Source: Macrostomum lignano
Taxonomy: Eukaryota
Length of the DNA: 64,000 nt
Assembly (NCBI GenBank): GCA_002269645.1
Contig: NIVC01002101.1
Location: forward strand, 140,473-204,472
Direction: 5' to 3'
Below are positions 62,286 to 64,000 of the stretch, piece after piece (positions within the stretch are counted from its first letter, which is position 1; each line of letters starts with the position of its first letter). The position numbers and the translations under genes are program-made. The notes under the pieces are model-generated. The model saw nothing but the letters and a program-made list of their open reading frames with translations, was not told the DNA's origin and did not search any database.

Positions 62286-64000
62286 ACCGGCTTCGAGGTG
62301 GATGCCAGCACCCCATCGGCCAGCGGCGCCGCCACCCCGTCAGCCAGCGTGCGCCAGTGGGTGGAGACGCCCGGCCGCATCAGCGGTGGCGACGCCACGC
62401 CGGCACCGGGGCTAATTAACAATCGGCAGTGGGCGGAGACGCCCGTACATATGTCAACTCGGGGTGAAACGCCGGGCCACTTCGACGCCACGCCGTCGGC
62501 TACAACACCGATGGGCCGGCGAAATCGATGGGACGAAGCGACTCCCGGTGGCTGGGGCGAGACGCCGCGCGCGGACCGGACCGCCGCCGACCTGATTCAG
62601 GAGACGCCGCAGGCTGGCAAGCGGCGCTCGCGTTGGGACGAGACGCCGTCAAATGTCGCCGACGCAACGCCGAGCGTCGCAACGCCGGCGTCGGCCACGC
62701 CGAGCGGTTTTACACCTGGCGGGGTCATGACCCGAGCGGGGTGACTCCGATGGGCGTGAAGGCAATGAAGATGGCCACGCCCAGTGCAGCAGTTGCAACC
62801 TGCGCGGATAATATCTGCATCTGCTCCGGGGTCATGGCGGCGAAGGAGCTGGATGACCGCAACCGGCCGCTGTCTGATGAAGACCTGGACGCCATGCTGC
62901 CCGAAGGCTACAAGGTACTGGCTCCGCCGGCCGGCTATGTGCCGCTGCGAACGCCGCGTCGTTTGACTGCAACGCCGACTCCGCTGGCGACGCCCGGCGG
63001 CTTCAAGATGGCCACGCCGGATGTTCGGACGTCGACAGGCACAGCCTTGTCGGATATGCAGCCTAAAGGCACCAATCTGCCAATGCTGAAGCCCGACGAT
63101 ATGCAGTACTTCGACAAGCTGCTCACCGATGTTGACGAGGACAGCCTGTCGGCCGATGAGCTGCGGGAGCGTCGCATTATGACTCTGCTGTTAAAAATCA
63201 AAAACGGCACGCCACCGATGCGCAAGTCCGCGCTCCGCCAGATCACCGAGAAGGCCAGAGAGTTCGGTGCCGGCCCGCTCTTCAATCAGATCCTGCCGCT
63301 GTTGATGTCGCCGACACTGGAGGATCAGGAGCGCCACCTGCTTGTGAAGGTGATTGACCGGGTACTCTACAAGCTGGACGATTTGGTGCGGCCGTTCGTC
63401 CACAAAATCCTGGTAGTGATTGAGCCGCTGCTCATTGATGAAGACTATTATGCTCGTGTAGAAGGCCGCGAGATTATTTCTAACCTGGCCAAGGCGGCCG
63501 GCCTGGCAACCATGATCACCACAATGCGTCCGGATCTGGAGAACATGGACGAATACGTGCGTAACACCACGGCCAGAGCTTTCGCTGTGGTGGCCTCAGC
63601 GCTAGGCATTCCCAGTCTGCTATTGTTTCTTAAGGCCGTGTGCAAGTCGAAGCGCAGCTGGCAGGCCAGGCACACTGGTATCAAAATAGTGCAACAGATT
63701 GCCATCCTGATGGGCTGCGCTGTGCTGCCGCATCTGCGCTCTCTAGTTGAAATTATCGAACTGGGCCTGGTTGACGAGCAGCAGAAGGTGCGAACTATCA
63801 CCGCTCTGGCTCTGGCAGCTCTGGCCGAGTCCGCCACGCCCTACGGCATTGAGTCGTTTGATACCGTGCTCAAACCGCTATGGAAAGGCATCCGTACCAC
63901 CGAGGCAAAGGTCTGGCCGCTTTTCTCAAAGCCATTGGCTACCTCATTCCCTTAATGGACGCTGAGTACGCCAATTATTATACTCGCGAGGTTATGCTCA
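62286..64000 (+). CDS. SF3B1: Splicing factor 3B subunit 1, central exon (TP-repeat/ULM region, p14-binding region, first HEAT repeats), with frameshifts; runs off the window
   Basis: RWDETP/RWDEATP ULMs, [70 protein letters not shown] and, after a 1-nt frameshift, [34 protein letters not shown]. Acceptor ttccag at 62285 with a ctaac branch point at ~62266. Confidence 0.95.

Overview
This is a repeat-rich animal genomic window: GC-rich exons, short spliceosomal introns and many 12-58 bp minisatellite arrays. The style resembles a free-living flatworm such as Macrostomum, but that is inference only. Host genes: (1) a complete 9-exon MFSD4-like MFS transporter (minus, 11487-3014) with a GC-AG first intron; (2) a PAN/Apple + C-type lectin gene (plus, ~14877-16063); (3) an IRS/DOK/FRS2-type PTB adaptor (minus, ~41955-40416); (4) an isolated Tudor-domain exon; (5) the central part of SF3B1 (plus, from 62286, running off the window) with frameshifts and no visible 5' exons. 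Mobile DNA: a spliced hAT-type transposase with one nonsense codon, a Ty3/gypsy integrase with PPT and 172-bp LTR inserted in an RTE-like LINE, other LINE fragments, a Crypton-like fragment, tRNA-derived SINEs and MITE-like hairpins. Architecture is dominated by two large inverted duplications: 19227-20607/32173-33994, and a ~12.2-kb near-palindrome 45907-58119 with a 421-bp spacer. The most unusual signal is a domain (~45900-48400 and ~55750-60600) with strong TpA excess and CpA/TpG depletion that looks like fungal RIP-type hypermutation. All counts and splice models were done by hand and need computational confirmation.
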